This document shows, piece after piece, positions 8,533-20,008 of a DNA stretch of 32,000 nucleotides. The DNA comes from Bacillus subtilis subsp. subtilis str. 168. GTDB lineage: Bacteria > Bacillota > Bacilli > Bacillales > Bacillaceae. The stretch spans positions 2,040,001 through 2,072,000 of the forward strand of contig NC_000964.3 of the NCBI RefSeq assembly GCF_000009045.1, written 5' to 3'. The translations under genes were made by a program, and so were the position numbers. The notes beneath the pieces are model-generated. The model ran no database searches. It had not been told where the DNA came from and saw only the letters and a program-made list of their open reading frames with translations. How positions within the stretch are numbered: position 1 is the stretch's first letter; every line of letters starts with the position of its first letter.

Positions 8533-9453
8533 ATGAAGTTGAAAACTAAAGCGTCAATAAAATTCGGAATATGTGTTGGGCTTTTATGTTTAAGCATTAC
8601 TGGTTTCACACCTTTTTTCAACTCAACACATGCCGAAGCAAAATCCATAGAAGACACAAACATGGCAAGCTGTATAACGAATAAAAAATTTGTTCAACTT
8701 GAGAAAAAATTTGATGCCAGGCTTGGTGTTTATGCAATTGATATAGGTTCAAACAAGACAATCGCCTATCGGCCGAATGAACGATTTGCTTACGCATCAA
8801 CCTATAAAGTTCTAGCCGCAGCTGCTGTCCTGAAGAAAAACTCAATTGAAAAACTTAATGAAGTCATCCACTACAGCAAGGACGATCTTGTTACATATTC
8901 TCCAATCACAGAGAAACACCTAGATACAGGCATGAGCCTAAAAGAAATCTCGGAAGCGGCTATCCGTTACAGCGATAATACCGCTGGGAACATCTTGTTG
9001 CAACAGCTTGGCGGCCCTAAAGGTTTTGAAAAGTCACTGAAACAGATTGGGGATCATGTAACGAAAGCTAAACGATTCGAGACGGATCTAAACTCTGCGA
9101 TTCCTGGTGATATTCGTGACACCAGCACCGCAAAAGCACTGGCAACCGATCTTAAAGCCTTCACTTTAGATAACACTCTCACGACTGACAAACGCATGAT
9201 CTTAACCGATTGGATGCGAGGCAATGCTACTGGTGACGAACTGATTCGGGCAGGCGCTCCAATAGGATGGGAAGTCGGCGATAAATCCGGAGCCGGAAGT
9301 TACGGGACACGAAACGACATTGCTATCGTTTGGCCGCCAAACAGAGCTCCTATTGTTGTGGCAATTCTGTCAAACCGCTTTACGAAAGATGCTAATTATG
9401 ATAATGCTCTTATCGCTGAGGCTGCAAAAGTCGTCCTTAACGATCTCAAATAA
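8533..9453 (+). CDS. penP: Class A beta-lactamase (306 aa)
   Basis: GAGGAGG RBS and a signal peptide. Class A motifs are readable: S-x-x-K (ASTYK), SDN (YSDNTAGN), E-x-x-x-N region (FETDLNSAIPGD) and KSG (DKSGAG). Confidence 0.95.
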   Translation: MKLKTKASIKFGICVGLLCLSITGFTPFFNSTHAEAKSIEDTNMASCITNKKFVQLEKKFDARLGVYAIDIGSNKTIAYRPNERFAYASTYKVLAAAAVLKKNSIEKLNEVIHYSKDDLVTYSPITEKHLDTGMSLKEISEAAIRYSDNTAGNILLQQLGGPKGFEKSLKQIGDHVTKAKRFETDLNSAIPGDIRDTSTAKALATDLKAFTLDNTLTTDKRMILTDWMRGNATGDELIRAGAPIGWEVGDKSGAGSYGTRNDIAIVWPPNRAPIVVAILSNRFTKDANYDNALIAEAAKVVLNDLK

Positions 9454-9503
9454 TATGTTTAGCCTTTTGCCACAAAGGAAAAGACATTACTTTTTTAACT
9501 TCT

Positions 9504-9533
9504 ACCGTTCATTTTTTGATGAACGGTTCTTTC
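9504..9533 (+). terminator. Rho-independent terminator of penP
   Basis: accgttcat/atgaacggt 9-bp stem followed by tcttt. Confidence 0.7.
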
Positions 9534-9949
9534 ATAAGACCTCTAGAATCATATATTTAAACACCACAAAATTAAACATTATTATAATTAACAGCAAGTT
9601 TTCATTTTATGGAACAAGTAAAGTTTGAATCTGACAAGAATTAAGACTAAGCACCCTAAAATCCGTTTTCTTTTCTTCCAAGAATATACTCCTTAGTGCA
9701 AGCCATTATAAAGATACAAGTGAACATACAATGCAGACAACTCTCTTAAGTCTCTTATTCTGTGACCAATTTGTAATACTCATGAATATCCGGACTCACT
9801 TCCAATATTTCGTCTCGTTCGAAGACACTAACATATCAAACCACTTGAATTAACATAACTGAACTTGATATTGGTCACTGGCAGTTTCAATGCAATAGAA
9901 CAACATTTGTTGTCTCAGAGGTTATCTATATGAGAATTCAACAATTTTT

Positions 9950-10312
9950 TTATAATAATTCATATTTTTGTATCGTTGCACTTGGTGGATTTGACTCTTT
10001 TCGTGTATGGAACCACACTTTTATTTTTTCACCTCTTTTGAGATCATCTGTGTTATCAATCTCACTTAATCCTACAATTACTATGTTATTTTTAAACTTG
10101 TTCATAAGTTGTCCTTCAGAAAGATTGTAATCTTCTTTTCCTGGAGCTTTTGTATCGGTAATGAGAATTGCCCTTTCATTGTCTTTAAGCACGACATAGC
10201 CTACTAGGCTCTGCATCTTTGTTTCGTCTCCGTTTTGTTCATTTTTATTGCAGCCTGCAAGGAAAATAATGAGCATAATGAGCACTATCAAGCTTACTCC
10301 GATTTTAGGCAT
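9950..10312 (-). CDS. yobA: Lipoprotein of unknown function (120 aa)
   Basis: GAGGAGGAAG RBS. Lipobox: MPKIGVSLIVLIMLIIFLAGC/NKN. Confidence 0.85.
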   Translation of the reverse strand: MPKIGVSLIVLIMLIIFLAGCNKNEQNGDETKMQSLVGYVVLKDNERAILITDTKAPGKEDYNLSEGQLMNKFKNNIVIVGLSEIDNTDDLKRGEKIKVWFHTRKESNPPSATIQKYELL

Positions 10313-10688
10313 CTTTCTTCCTCCTCTTTAAACTCATCTTTAAAATAAACAACAGGATATCACCCAACCCATCTACTTCTTTTTGCAATTCATAACAGCA
10401 GCATACTCATTCTCCAATTCCTCAACCTTCTTTTTATTCTTTCTCAAATATTTGCATGTGGTAGCCCTCGATATTATCCGCTTACTCATTTTTGCGCTTT
10501 CAAATATATTATTGAAGGCCGCTTCTTTCTGGATTCCAGCATAAATATACTTATCCTTACTGTCGTTTACTATCGCAACTTCCATTAAAATCGAGATTTT
10601 TACTTTTTTTATGATCCATTATTCACTTCCAAAATAACTTCCAATTACAACATAATATATGTATAAATTGTAAATGGAGTTGATGTAA

Positions 10689-10952
10689 TTGAAGATTAGG
10701 AAAATCTTATTGAGTTCTGCTTTATCCTTTGGCATGCTAATATCCGCGGTTCCCGCATTGGCTGCTGGCACTTCGTCTGAGGTTGCAGTAAAAAATGAAG
10801 AATATGATTATGACACTATATACCGCATTAGTCCTCTGCCAATGGACTTCCAGCCAACAATAGAATACAACGGTTATACTTATACGCTTACACGTCATTA
10901 TTTTGATTACTCAATCGGGTTTTACACGGCTATTTATACAAAAGTTGTTTAA
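10689..10952 (+). CDS. yobB: Small secreted Tyr-rich protein (87 aa precursor, ~62 aa mature)
   Basis: TTG start after GGAG. Signal peptide (M)KIRKILLSSALSFGMLISAVPALA/AGT. The mature part has 10 Tyr in 62 residues. Paralog at 20817-21077. Confidence 0.75.
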   Translation: MKIRKILLSSALSFGMLISAVPALAAGTSSEVAVKNEEYDYDTIYRISPLPMDFQPTIEYNGYTYTLTRHYFDYSIGFYTAIYTKVV

Positions 10953-10957
10953 ACTTA

Positions 10958-10986
10958 TAAAGGAGCTTTTTAGCTCCTTTTTCTCT
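10958..10986 (+). terminator. Rho-independent terminator of yobB
   Basis: aaaggagct/agctccttt stem followed by ttctc. Confidence 0.75.
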
Positions 10987-11328
10987 TGTTTTAAGCAAGG
11001 TATTTCTTTCTATGTGGTCCCCTATCAAATACAACATCAACATTCTCCAGTTCTCTTTGACACGAACAAAATCTAAAGTTTGGTTTTAAATGCTGGTAAT
11101 AAAAAATTCACTTTAAAGAAGTGCCGCCCGCAAAATACGGCTTTTGTACACTACGCCAATTTTATATTGAAAAGCCAGACCTCCTCAAAGAGGTTCCAGC
11201 TTTTCTTAATGTGCTATCGATCTTCGTTAGTTCAACGGGAACTTTATCATTCGGTACAAATGCAGCCTCCCAACTTCTAGTTAGGGCTGATGGCGGAATA
11301 TCTGACGGTTCTCTACACACATCAGACA

Positions 11329-13989
<2,661 letters not shown>

Positions 13990-14039
13990 TTATAAGATGG
14001 ATATCTATAACTTTTTAACTAGAAAGCGCACGTAGTGTG

Positions 14040-14068
14040 ATTATATCACCGTGTCTGTTTTTGTGCAA
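14040..14068 (-). promoter_or_regulatory. Probable sigma-A promoter of pps
   Basis: The - strand reads TTGCAC (14063-14068), 17 nt, TATAAT (14040-14045), about 100 nt upstream of the pps ATG and immediately downstream of the bidirectional terminator. Confidence 0.55.
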
Positions 14069-14071
14069 TAT

Positions 14072-14108
14072 AAAAAGAACCTGGGAAATTTCACCAGGTT
14101 CTTTTCTT
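14072..14108 (+). terminator. Bidirectional rho-independent terminator
   Basis: aagaacctgg/ccaggttctt 10-bp stem, 9-nt loop, flanked by aaaaa on the left and ttttctt on the right. Confidence 0.8.
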
Positions 14109-14598
14109 AATTTCCATAGCTAGTCGCATTAAAAAACTTGGTTTGAGCTGATTCAATCCTCTAAGGAAATCCTAAAGTTGGGTTCTTTTTGAACTTACTT
14201 GCTTTGTTCGTAGAGTCCCCATTCATAAATTGGACTTTTTGTTCTTAACAGTCCCACCTTTAACTAGTATAAAGTTATGAGGATCTGGTTAACTACTAGA
14301 TATTTTTATTTTGAATAAGGCTTATGTTTGATAAAGAAGGGTTATGTAAAGGTGTCTGTTGTGAGCAAGCGCTGACTACAAAAAATTGATAGCATTCTCA
14401 TTTAAATACCATTCTATTAACCTATAGGGAAAGTTTTAAAACCAGATGGAGAATACCCTACCTCCAGCAATTCCAAGGCCGTTCACCTAGTAGAAAACAA
14501 CCTTTAACCATTACTAACGATTTTAATAATCATTGATTATAAAACTTCTCAAGGAACGATCAGCAGCCCGTTAGCTACCCCTGATTAAGGATGATCTG

Positions 14599-15243
<645 letters not shown>

Positions 15244-15376
15244 TTACCTCCTATAATATTTTTTCCGACTTTGAGGTAGCACTCGTATACATTTAAAACA
15301 TTCTTAATTACTAACGCCAAAGCTTTTGATCGTCCCCTTCAGTATAATACCACGAATTCATGAGCAAATATTAAAA

Positions 15377-15401
15377 GTATTTGTAATTCAATTACAAATA
15401 C
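15377..15401. promoter_or_regulatory. Perfect 12-1-12 palindrome just upstream of the presumed xynA promoter
   Basis: gtatttgtaatt c aattacaaatac, 137-161 bp upstream of the xynA ATG. Operator-like; no binding factor known to me. Confidence 0.3.
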
Positions 15402-15867
15402 CTAGAAACACATTATAAGTGGTCTTCTTCCACCATATCCTGATCCTTTTTTCGCAGGATCACAATTCTTGTTTCTAATTCAGATGGAGTAATATCTGCA
15501 ATGAATTCCCATTGAACCATTTCAAATAAAGGAGATATACATTAGAGATTGTGAAATTATTGTAGCTGCCGCTTGTCTAATGAAGGGAAGCAAATTTATG
15601 AAGAATATGAAGAACTGAAGAAGAAAACAATTAAGGTTATACTAAGAAAGAACTGCTCAATTAAAATTATTGACCAAATTTGAGGATGATAGCTTAGATC
15701 AGTTTTACAAAGAAGTTGCAAGATTTTTATTTGAAAGGGCTCTGAAAAAGAAAAAAAAGAATTGACAATCAGGGTAACTGTGGGATGTAACCGAGCCTCC
15801 AATTCAAAATAAATATCTTTAACTTTCTTTTTTTATTTAAAGAGGGACTGTATATCCCTCTTTAAAA

Positions 15868-16107
15868 TTAAGCTTTAGATTGCTGCTGAAAGTAATAAAA
15901 ATTGTACTTTTGATCAAACCCTTCTTCGCTACCACAAAGAAAAATAATGAATTCAATAAATGCGATAATAGAGGGGATACCAGTCCAGCAAAACAAAATA
16001 TATAGAATACCTTGTCCTACTCTTCCCAAATAAAACTTATGTATTCCCAGACCCCCGAAGAAAAATGCTAATAATGCCGCTACAATTTTGTTCTTCTTGC
16101 TTACCAT
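15868..16107 (-). CDS. yozV: TM2-domain small membrane protein (79 aa)
   Basis: GGAGGAAG RBS. ALLAFFFGGLGIHKFYLGRVGQGILYILFCWTGIPSIIAFIEFI is a typical TM2 domain. The symbol is from memory and less certain than the others. Confidence 0.75.
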   Translation of the reverse strand: MVSKKNKIVAALLAFFFGGLGIHKFYLGRVGQGILYILFCWTGIPSIIAFIEFIIFLCGSEEGFDQKYNFYYFQQQSKA

Positions 16108-16277
16108 GACTTCCTCCTAGTTCATTGCTACCATTTTTAAAGTAATGCTTTCACATTATAATGCATTTTCCGCCAGAAATCGTGAAAATTTTGAAATTCT
16201 TTTGAGATTTTTTATTTTATTGAGAAATGAAAGCTCATATAATTGAACTAGATGGTTTTGGGAGGCATTTATTCAAA

Positions 16278-16616
16278 ATGTATTGCCAAAGATTACGGCA
16301 ATTACGAAAGGCACACAAATTAACAATGGAACAGTTAGCTGAGAAAATTGGAATTGCAAAATCAAGTTACGGCGGGTATGAAGCTGAAAGCAAAAAACCA
16401 CCATTGGACAAGTTGGTTATTTTAGCTAGACTATATGATGTTTCAGTTGATTACATACTTGGATTAACAGATGATCCTGATCCTAAAGTGGAAAGAAAAA
16501 ATCTAAAAGAGTTTTTAGAAAAACCAGATATTCACTGGGATGGATATAAACTTACCCCTGAGATATTAGATCCTATACGGAAAATTTTGAAGTTGGTTAC
16601 TGCAAACAACAATTAA
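16278..16616 (+). CDS. yobD: XRE-family HTH transcriptional regulator (112 aa)
   Basis: Track ORF 16227-16616. I prefer the ATG at 16278 (GGGAGG 12 nt upstream); 16227 has no spacing to any RBS. HTH: LTMEQLAEKIGIAKSSYGGYEAESKKPPLDKLVILARLYDVSVDYILG. Confidence 0.75.
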   Translation: MYCQRLRQLRKAHKLTMEQLAEKIGIAKSSYGGYEAESKKPPLDKLVILARLYDVSVDYILGLTDDPDPKVERKNLKEFLEKPDIHWDGYKLTPEILDPIRKILKLVTANNN

Positions 16617-16639
16617 AAAAGCCCTCATAAGGGCTTTTG
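16615..16639. terminator. Bidirectional terminator between convergent yobD and yozH
   Basis: aaaaaa gccct cata agggc tttt. Confidence 0.7.
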
Positions 16640-16649
16640 CATAAAACAA

Positions 16650-17114
16650 TTATTTCATTGAATTTTCTGGACTCATTTCAAGAAGTTTATTCATGATGAT
16701 AGCTAAACTTTCACCAGCTTTTTGTAGCTTCTCACCTGCTTTTATCAGAGTAATTAAAGCACTTAAAAAGTCCACTAAGCTATTTTGATTTATTGCAACT
16801 GTTTCTTTATAAGCTTTGTAAGCTTCTTCAAACTGATCAAATTGCACACCTTTCATAGCAACAACAGCTAATTTATCTGAAATATTTCCATATGACTCTG
16901 TTAAACTAAAAAATCTTTTGACATTGATTAGTAAGGCAATGCACTTTAAATAATCGTGCCCCAGACCAATATGTAAATTGCCTGCAGCAAACAGCAAATC
17001 GTTCAAAACTGTGTACGGTTCACCATTCCTTGCAACTGTCTCAATCCCTTTGTATAAGTATAATAAAAAGACAAATGAATTTTTATCTGTGGAACGCTCA
17101 GGTAATAAGGACAC
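16650..17114 (-). CDS. yozH: Hypothetical protein; start uncertain
   Basis: 154-codon ORF with a GTG start and no convincing RBS at any candidate start. Helical-looking C-terminal half. May be 5'-truncated. Confidence 0.45.
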   Translation of the reverse strand: MSLLPERSTDKNSFVFLLYLYKGIETVARNGEPYTVLNDLLFAAGNLHIGLGHDYLKCIALLINVKRFFSLTESYGNISDKLAVVAMKGVQFDQFEEAYKAYKETVAINQNSLVDFLSALITLIKAGEKLQKAGESLAIIMNKLLEMSPENSMK

Positions 17115-17213
17115 TATAATAACTTACTTTAAGCCAAAACATCCAAATAAAAAGGCTGGTTATAATTATTATAAAAATCAATAGGAACTATAAATATATA
17201 AAGAGGGATTGCT

Positions 17214-17579
17214 ATGCCAAAATTATATACATGTTTAATTTGCGGATATAAAGGATTAATTCAAAACCCATTAAACAATGATGGTGAGTATCAAAAAACA
17301 TTTGATATCTGCCCTTGCTGTGATTTTGAATACGGCTACAGTGAAGATCATGACGTAAGCTTAGGTTTTATTGTAACTCCAGATTATTTAATTGACGCTG
17401 CAATTCAGTTATACCGAAAACAGTGGATTGAGAATGGAATGAAAACTGCAAATCCTGAAGATATTCCAGAAGAATTAAGAAACGGTGACTGCTTAAAATT
17501 CGAGGTGTTGTTAAAGCAATTGAATAGCCTAAATCTCGATACTGAAAACTTTGAAATCAAGGGATTTAATGGTTATTAA
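17214..17579 (+). CDS. yozI: Small cysteine-rich CPCC-type zinc-ribbon protein (121 aa), paralog of yoaQ
   Basis: AGAGGGA RBS. CLICGYKGLIQNPL...YQKTFDICPCCDFEYGYSEDHDV...NPEDIPEEL..G.CLKFEVLLKQL. Roughly three-quarters identical to the 673-1029 product by eye. Confidence 0.85.
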   Translation: MPKLYTCLICGYKGLIQNPLNNDGEYQKTFDICPCCDFEYGYSEDHDVSLGFIVTPDYLIDAAIQLYRKQWIENGMKTANPEDIPEELRNGDCLKFEVLLKQLNSLNLDTENFEIKGFNGY

Positions 17580-17589
17580 GCAGATCCAA

Positions 17590-17612
17590 GCCCCCATATG
17601 GGGGCGTTCTTA
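17590..17612 (+). terminator. Rho-independent terminator of yozI
   Basis: gccccc atat gggggc followed by gttctt. Confidence 0.65.
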
Positions 17613-17800
17613 TTATTGTACAGTCTATCAGAACTATTTATAGAAAAACTATTTAATGTATTGTATAAATATCACTGACCTTTTCTTTCTCCATTCAACT
17701 TCCTTAACCCTCAACTGTTTGCTGCTGCATCACATTCCTCCTTTTTGATTTTTGTGTATCAAGCCTGTACAATATTCAAAAACCCTAAAGGATGATGAAC

Positions 17801-18460
17801 ATGTGTGGCAAGTTCACTTTATTTTCTGAGTTTGATGACATCATTGAGCAATTCAACATAGATCAATTCTTACCTGAAGGTGAATATCACCCTAGCTATA
17901 ATGTCGCTCCTTCACAAAACATCCTGACAATTATCAACGATGGATCTAATAACCGTCTGGGTAAACTTAGATGGGGTCTTATCCCTCCTTGTGCTAAAGA
18001 CGAAAAGATCGGTTATAAAATGATTAATGCTCGTGCTGAAACATTGGCCGAGAAACCCAGCTTTCGAAAGCCGCTCGGAAGCAAACGTTGTATCATACCG
18101 GCTGACAGTTTTTATGAATGGAAACGCCTTGATCCAAAGACTAAGATTCCTATGCGGATTAAACTTAAATCGTCGAATCTCTTTGCTTTTGCCGGCTTAT
18201 ATGAAAAGTGGAACACGCTAGAAGGCAATCTGTTGTACACTTGCACAATCATCACAATAAAGCCTAGTGAGCTTATGGAAGACATTCATGATCGGATGCC
18301 AGTTATCCTAACTGATGAGAACAAAAAGGAATGGCTAAATCCTAAAAATACTGATCCTGATTATCTACAAAGCTTGTTGCTGCCTTATGATGCTGATGAC
18401 ATGGAAGCATATCAGGTATCTTCATTAGTGAATTCACCTGAGCTCATTGAATCCCATTAA
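17801..18460 (+). CDS. yobE: SRAP (SOS-response-associated peptidase, YedK/HMCES) family protein (219 aa)
   Basis: Track ORF 17792-18460. The ATG at 17801 follows AAAGGATGA and gives MCGKF..., the invariant N-terminal Cys2 of SRAP proteins. Also YNVAPSQ, LRWGLIP, MINARAET, RCIIPADSFYEW and DRMPVIL. Confidence 0.85.
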   Translation: MCGKFTLFSEFDDIIEQFNIDQFLPEGEYHPSYNVAPSQNILTIINDGSNNRLGKLRWGLIPPCAKDEKIGYKMINARAETLAEKPSFRKPLGSKRCIIPADSFYEWKRLDPKTKIPMRIKLKSSNLFAFAGLYEKWNTLEGNLLYTCTIITIKPSELMEDIHDRMPVILTDENKKEWLNPKNTDPDYLQSLLLPYDADDMEAYQVSSLVNSPELIESH

Positions 18461-18483
18461 GTACCACTGCCATATCGCTTTAT

Positions 18484-18535
18484 ATACCACCTCCTCTTAG
18501 CTAATATGTTCTAAGTAGGAGGTGGTATTTTGTTT
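18484..18535 (+). terminator. Very strong rho-independent terminator after yobE
   Basis: 17-bp stem (ataccacctcctcttag / ctaagtaggaggtggtat), 10-nt loop, then ttttgttt. The 3' arm contains the AGGAGGTGG RBS of the ligase stub. Confidence 0.8.
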
Positions 18536-18628
18536 GTATCTCCAATGCTATTGCATTCAATAAAAGAGCCTTTTGATGACGAGAGCTATATCACTGAGCT
18601 TAAATTATCAAGACTAAAATTAAAATAA
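18530..18628 (+). pseudogene. 32-codon stub of an ATP-dependent DNA ligase (SPbeta yoqV/ligB-like)
   Basis: AGGAGGTGG then TTG: (M)FVSPMLLHSIKEPFDDESYITELKLSRLKLK*. PMLL...PF.D..Y..E.K is the N-terminus of phage/LigD-type ligases and breaks off exactly where motif I K-x-DG should be (ELK-LSR). Confidence 0.55.
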
Positions 18629-18714
18629 GGGCTCATACATAGTTGATATATATAATATGTATTGAGACCTTTATTGAACAAACGCCCCGTTTGTTAAAGT
18701 GGAAATCTCTATAA

Positions 18715-19638
18715 TTAATAGCCGACTTTTAAAAGTTCCAATCTAAAATTATCCTCTAAATCGGCTAGCTTCATTAACTTCTCCGATATACCTTTCCAAT
18801 CTTTATTTACAGACATAGAATGACATATCCCAAACACCTTAGCCTGTTCAGTCTTCAACACTGATAAATGTGAATGCCTATCTTTAAAATACATTGCATA
18901 ATCGTTGGCCCTTCTTGCACTTAATTGGAAAAGGAAGAATGTTGTATGCCTTATAGTATCAGCTGTAATAGGGGCATTTAATAATTGATCAGCATAAAAA
19001 CAAATTGCTTCCCTTCCAATTAACCCTATATCCACTTTTTCGAATTTCCGATAAGTTCTCTTAAAATAATCAATTGCTCTCTCGTATATTTCGTTATTGT
19101 CTAATGTGACAACCTTTTTTGCTGTAGACCAATATTTATTGATTCCTTTCCTATACGGAATCCTTTCCGCCATCCAAGCCTTCTTAAATTGGTCCAGTGA
19201 TAATGGAACAAATGGAAAGCCTGCTGGATCTTGCACATAAATATTTTCATTATCCATTTGGTACCCTAGAACATAATGGTCAGAACCATTTAAATTTTTA
19301 TGATTCGGATGGTATGTTAGCTCCCCCATATCTAAAGGGCCTAGAATGACAGGGTTTTGTTTGATTTGCTGTTTTAATAACGGAAATGGGTCATCTAAGT
19401 CACTAGCTTGCTGATGTTCTTCTGCAGTAAATCCAAGGATGTTTAAAGCATAATTGATACCATCATCAGGATCTCTCATACTAAAATAAAGGTTTTTTTC
19501 ATATTCTATCATGGCACCTAACCCAACACCAGTTAATATCTCTACAAGTTGAGGAGATACATTTTCTCCTATTGATGAAAGAAACATTGCAGTTGAATTT
19601 GAATAACAGTAATGGCCATTTCCTATATACACTAACAT
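18715..19638 (-). CDS. yobF: Hypothetical protein, possibly a BtrH-N/C39-like papain-fold domain protein (~305-307 aa)
   Basis: GGAGGTG overlaps the first in-frame GTG/ATG, so the GTG at 19632 (8 nt spacing) is also possible. GNGHYCYSNSTAMFLSSIGENVSPQLVEILTGVGLGA resembles the Cys-containing N-terminus of BtrH_N-type domains. This is a recollection, not a search. Confidence 0.7.
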   Translation of the reverse strand: MLVYIGNGHYCYSNSTAMFLSSIGENVSPQLVEILTGVGLGAMIEYEKNLYFSMRDPDDGINYALNILGFTAEEHQQASDLDDPFPLLKQQIKQNPVILGPLDMGELTYHPNHKNLNGSDHYVLGYQMDNENIYVQDPAGFPFVPLSLDQFKKAWMAERIPYRKGINKYWSTAKKVVTLDNNEIYERAIDYFKRTYRKFEKVDIGLIGREAICFYADQLLNAPITADTIRHTTFFLFQLSARRANDYAMYFKDRHSHLSVLKTEQAKVFGICHSMSVNKDWKGISEKLMKLADLEDNFRLELLKVGY

Positions 19639-19690
19639 CACCTCCGGGTAGATAAGTTAACCTTACAATTTTGAAAATTGAAAATCCATA

Positions 19691-19864
19691 TTAAATTGCT
19701 CCGTTCTCGTATTCATCATCTGGATCATTTTTATCAACAATAATGATCTTCTCGCCAATCTCCGTTTTACGATCGACCTCTACGTATTCGCGCTTGATGC
19801 TGCTAAGTGTTTCGTCAGCCAGTACGTGAATCATTACAGTTGAGTTCGCTTTAATTTCCGTCAT
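19691..19864 (-). CDS. Small hypothetical protein (57 aa), below the ORF-track cutoff
   Basis: ATG at 19862-19864, 6 nt after AAGGGTG. Translates MTEIKANSTVMIHVLADETLSSIKREYVEVDRKTEIGEKIIIVDKNDPDDEYENGAI*. Locally higher GC and coding-like composition. Confidence 0.5.
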   Translation of the reverse strand: MTEIKANSTVMIHVLADETLSSIKREYVEVDRKTEIGEKIIIVDKNDPDDEYENGAI

Positions 19865-20008
19865 TTACTGCACCCTTTATATTTTTTTTATGTTTTTTCA
19901 ATTCTTTTTAGATTTTCATATTGGATTTCACTCTTTTAATTATAGAGGCGTGTCATACACATGCCATCTAAGAGAGATAGGACAATTTTGTCTTGGAGGT
20001 GAAAGCTA

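Larger units (their letters stand above)
10585..11019. repeat. Copy 1 of a ~430-bp dispersed repeat (promoter + small secreted protein gene + terminator + ~35 nt)
   Basis: Aligns by eye with 20715-21143: ttaaaatc(g/ac)gattttt..atgatccatta(t/g)tcacttccaaa...taaatggagttgat...ttattgagttctgctttatc...agctccttttt...ttaagcaag(g/a)tatttctttctatg(t/c)ggtc. Confidence 0.85.
13992..14108 (+). ncRNA. Predicted ~117-nt small RNA between pps and xynA, antisense to the pps promoter and 5' leader
   Basis: Bounded by the consensus promoter at 13957-13985 and the strong terminator at 14072-14108. The only ORF inside is 12 codons with no RBS. Ends are inferred, not mapped. Confidence 0.5.

Noticed and set aside
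8241-8845. Track ORFs 8241-8435, 8481-8663 and 8618-8845
   Set aside because: They overlap the yoaZ 5' end, the yoaZ-penP intergenic region or the penP signal-peptide region on the wrong strand. They have no RBS.
9320-10130. Track ORFs 9320-9628 and 9930-10130, and short coding-like fragments on the - strand around 9760-9860
   Set aside because: The first is an off-frame run-on from penP. The second is antisense to yobA. The fragments are under 30 codons with no start, so they are gene debris at best.
10373-10585. Track ORF (70 aa, - strand) just upstream of yobA, at the position occupied by yozJ next to the other repeat copy
   Set aside because: No RBS: the ATG abuts the repeat boundary where the yozJ copy has AGGAGGG. 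It has no recognisable similarity to yozJ and is probably a relic. Co-transcription with yobA cannot be excluded.
15420-15802. Coding-looking fragments between xynA and the TM2 gene, with track ORF 15596-15802. Examples: - strand MVQWEFIADITPSELETRIVILRKKDQDMVEEDHL*, and + strand …TKFEDDSLDQFYKEVARFLFERALKKKKK.
   Set aside because: The fragments are spread over several frames and strands with no RBS and multiple stops. This is most likely remains of one or two dead genes that I cannot identify.
16978-18221. Track ORFs 16978-17184 and 18027-18221
   Set aside because: They are antisense to yozH and off-frame inside yobE, respectively.
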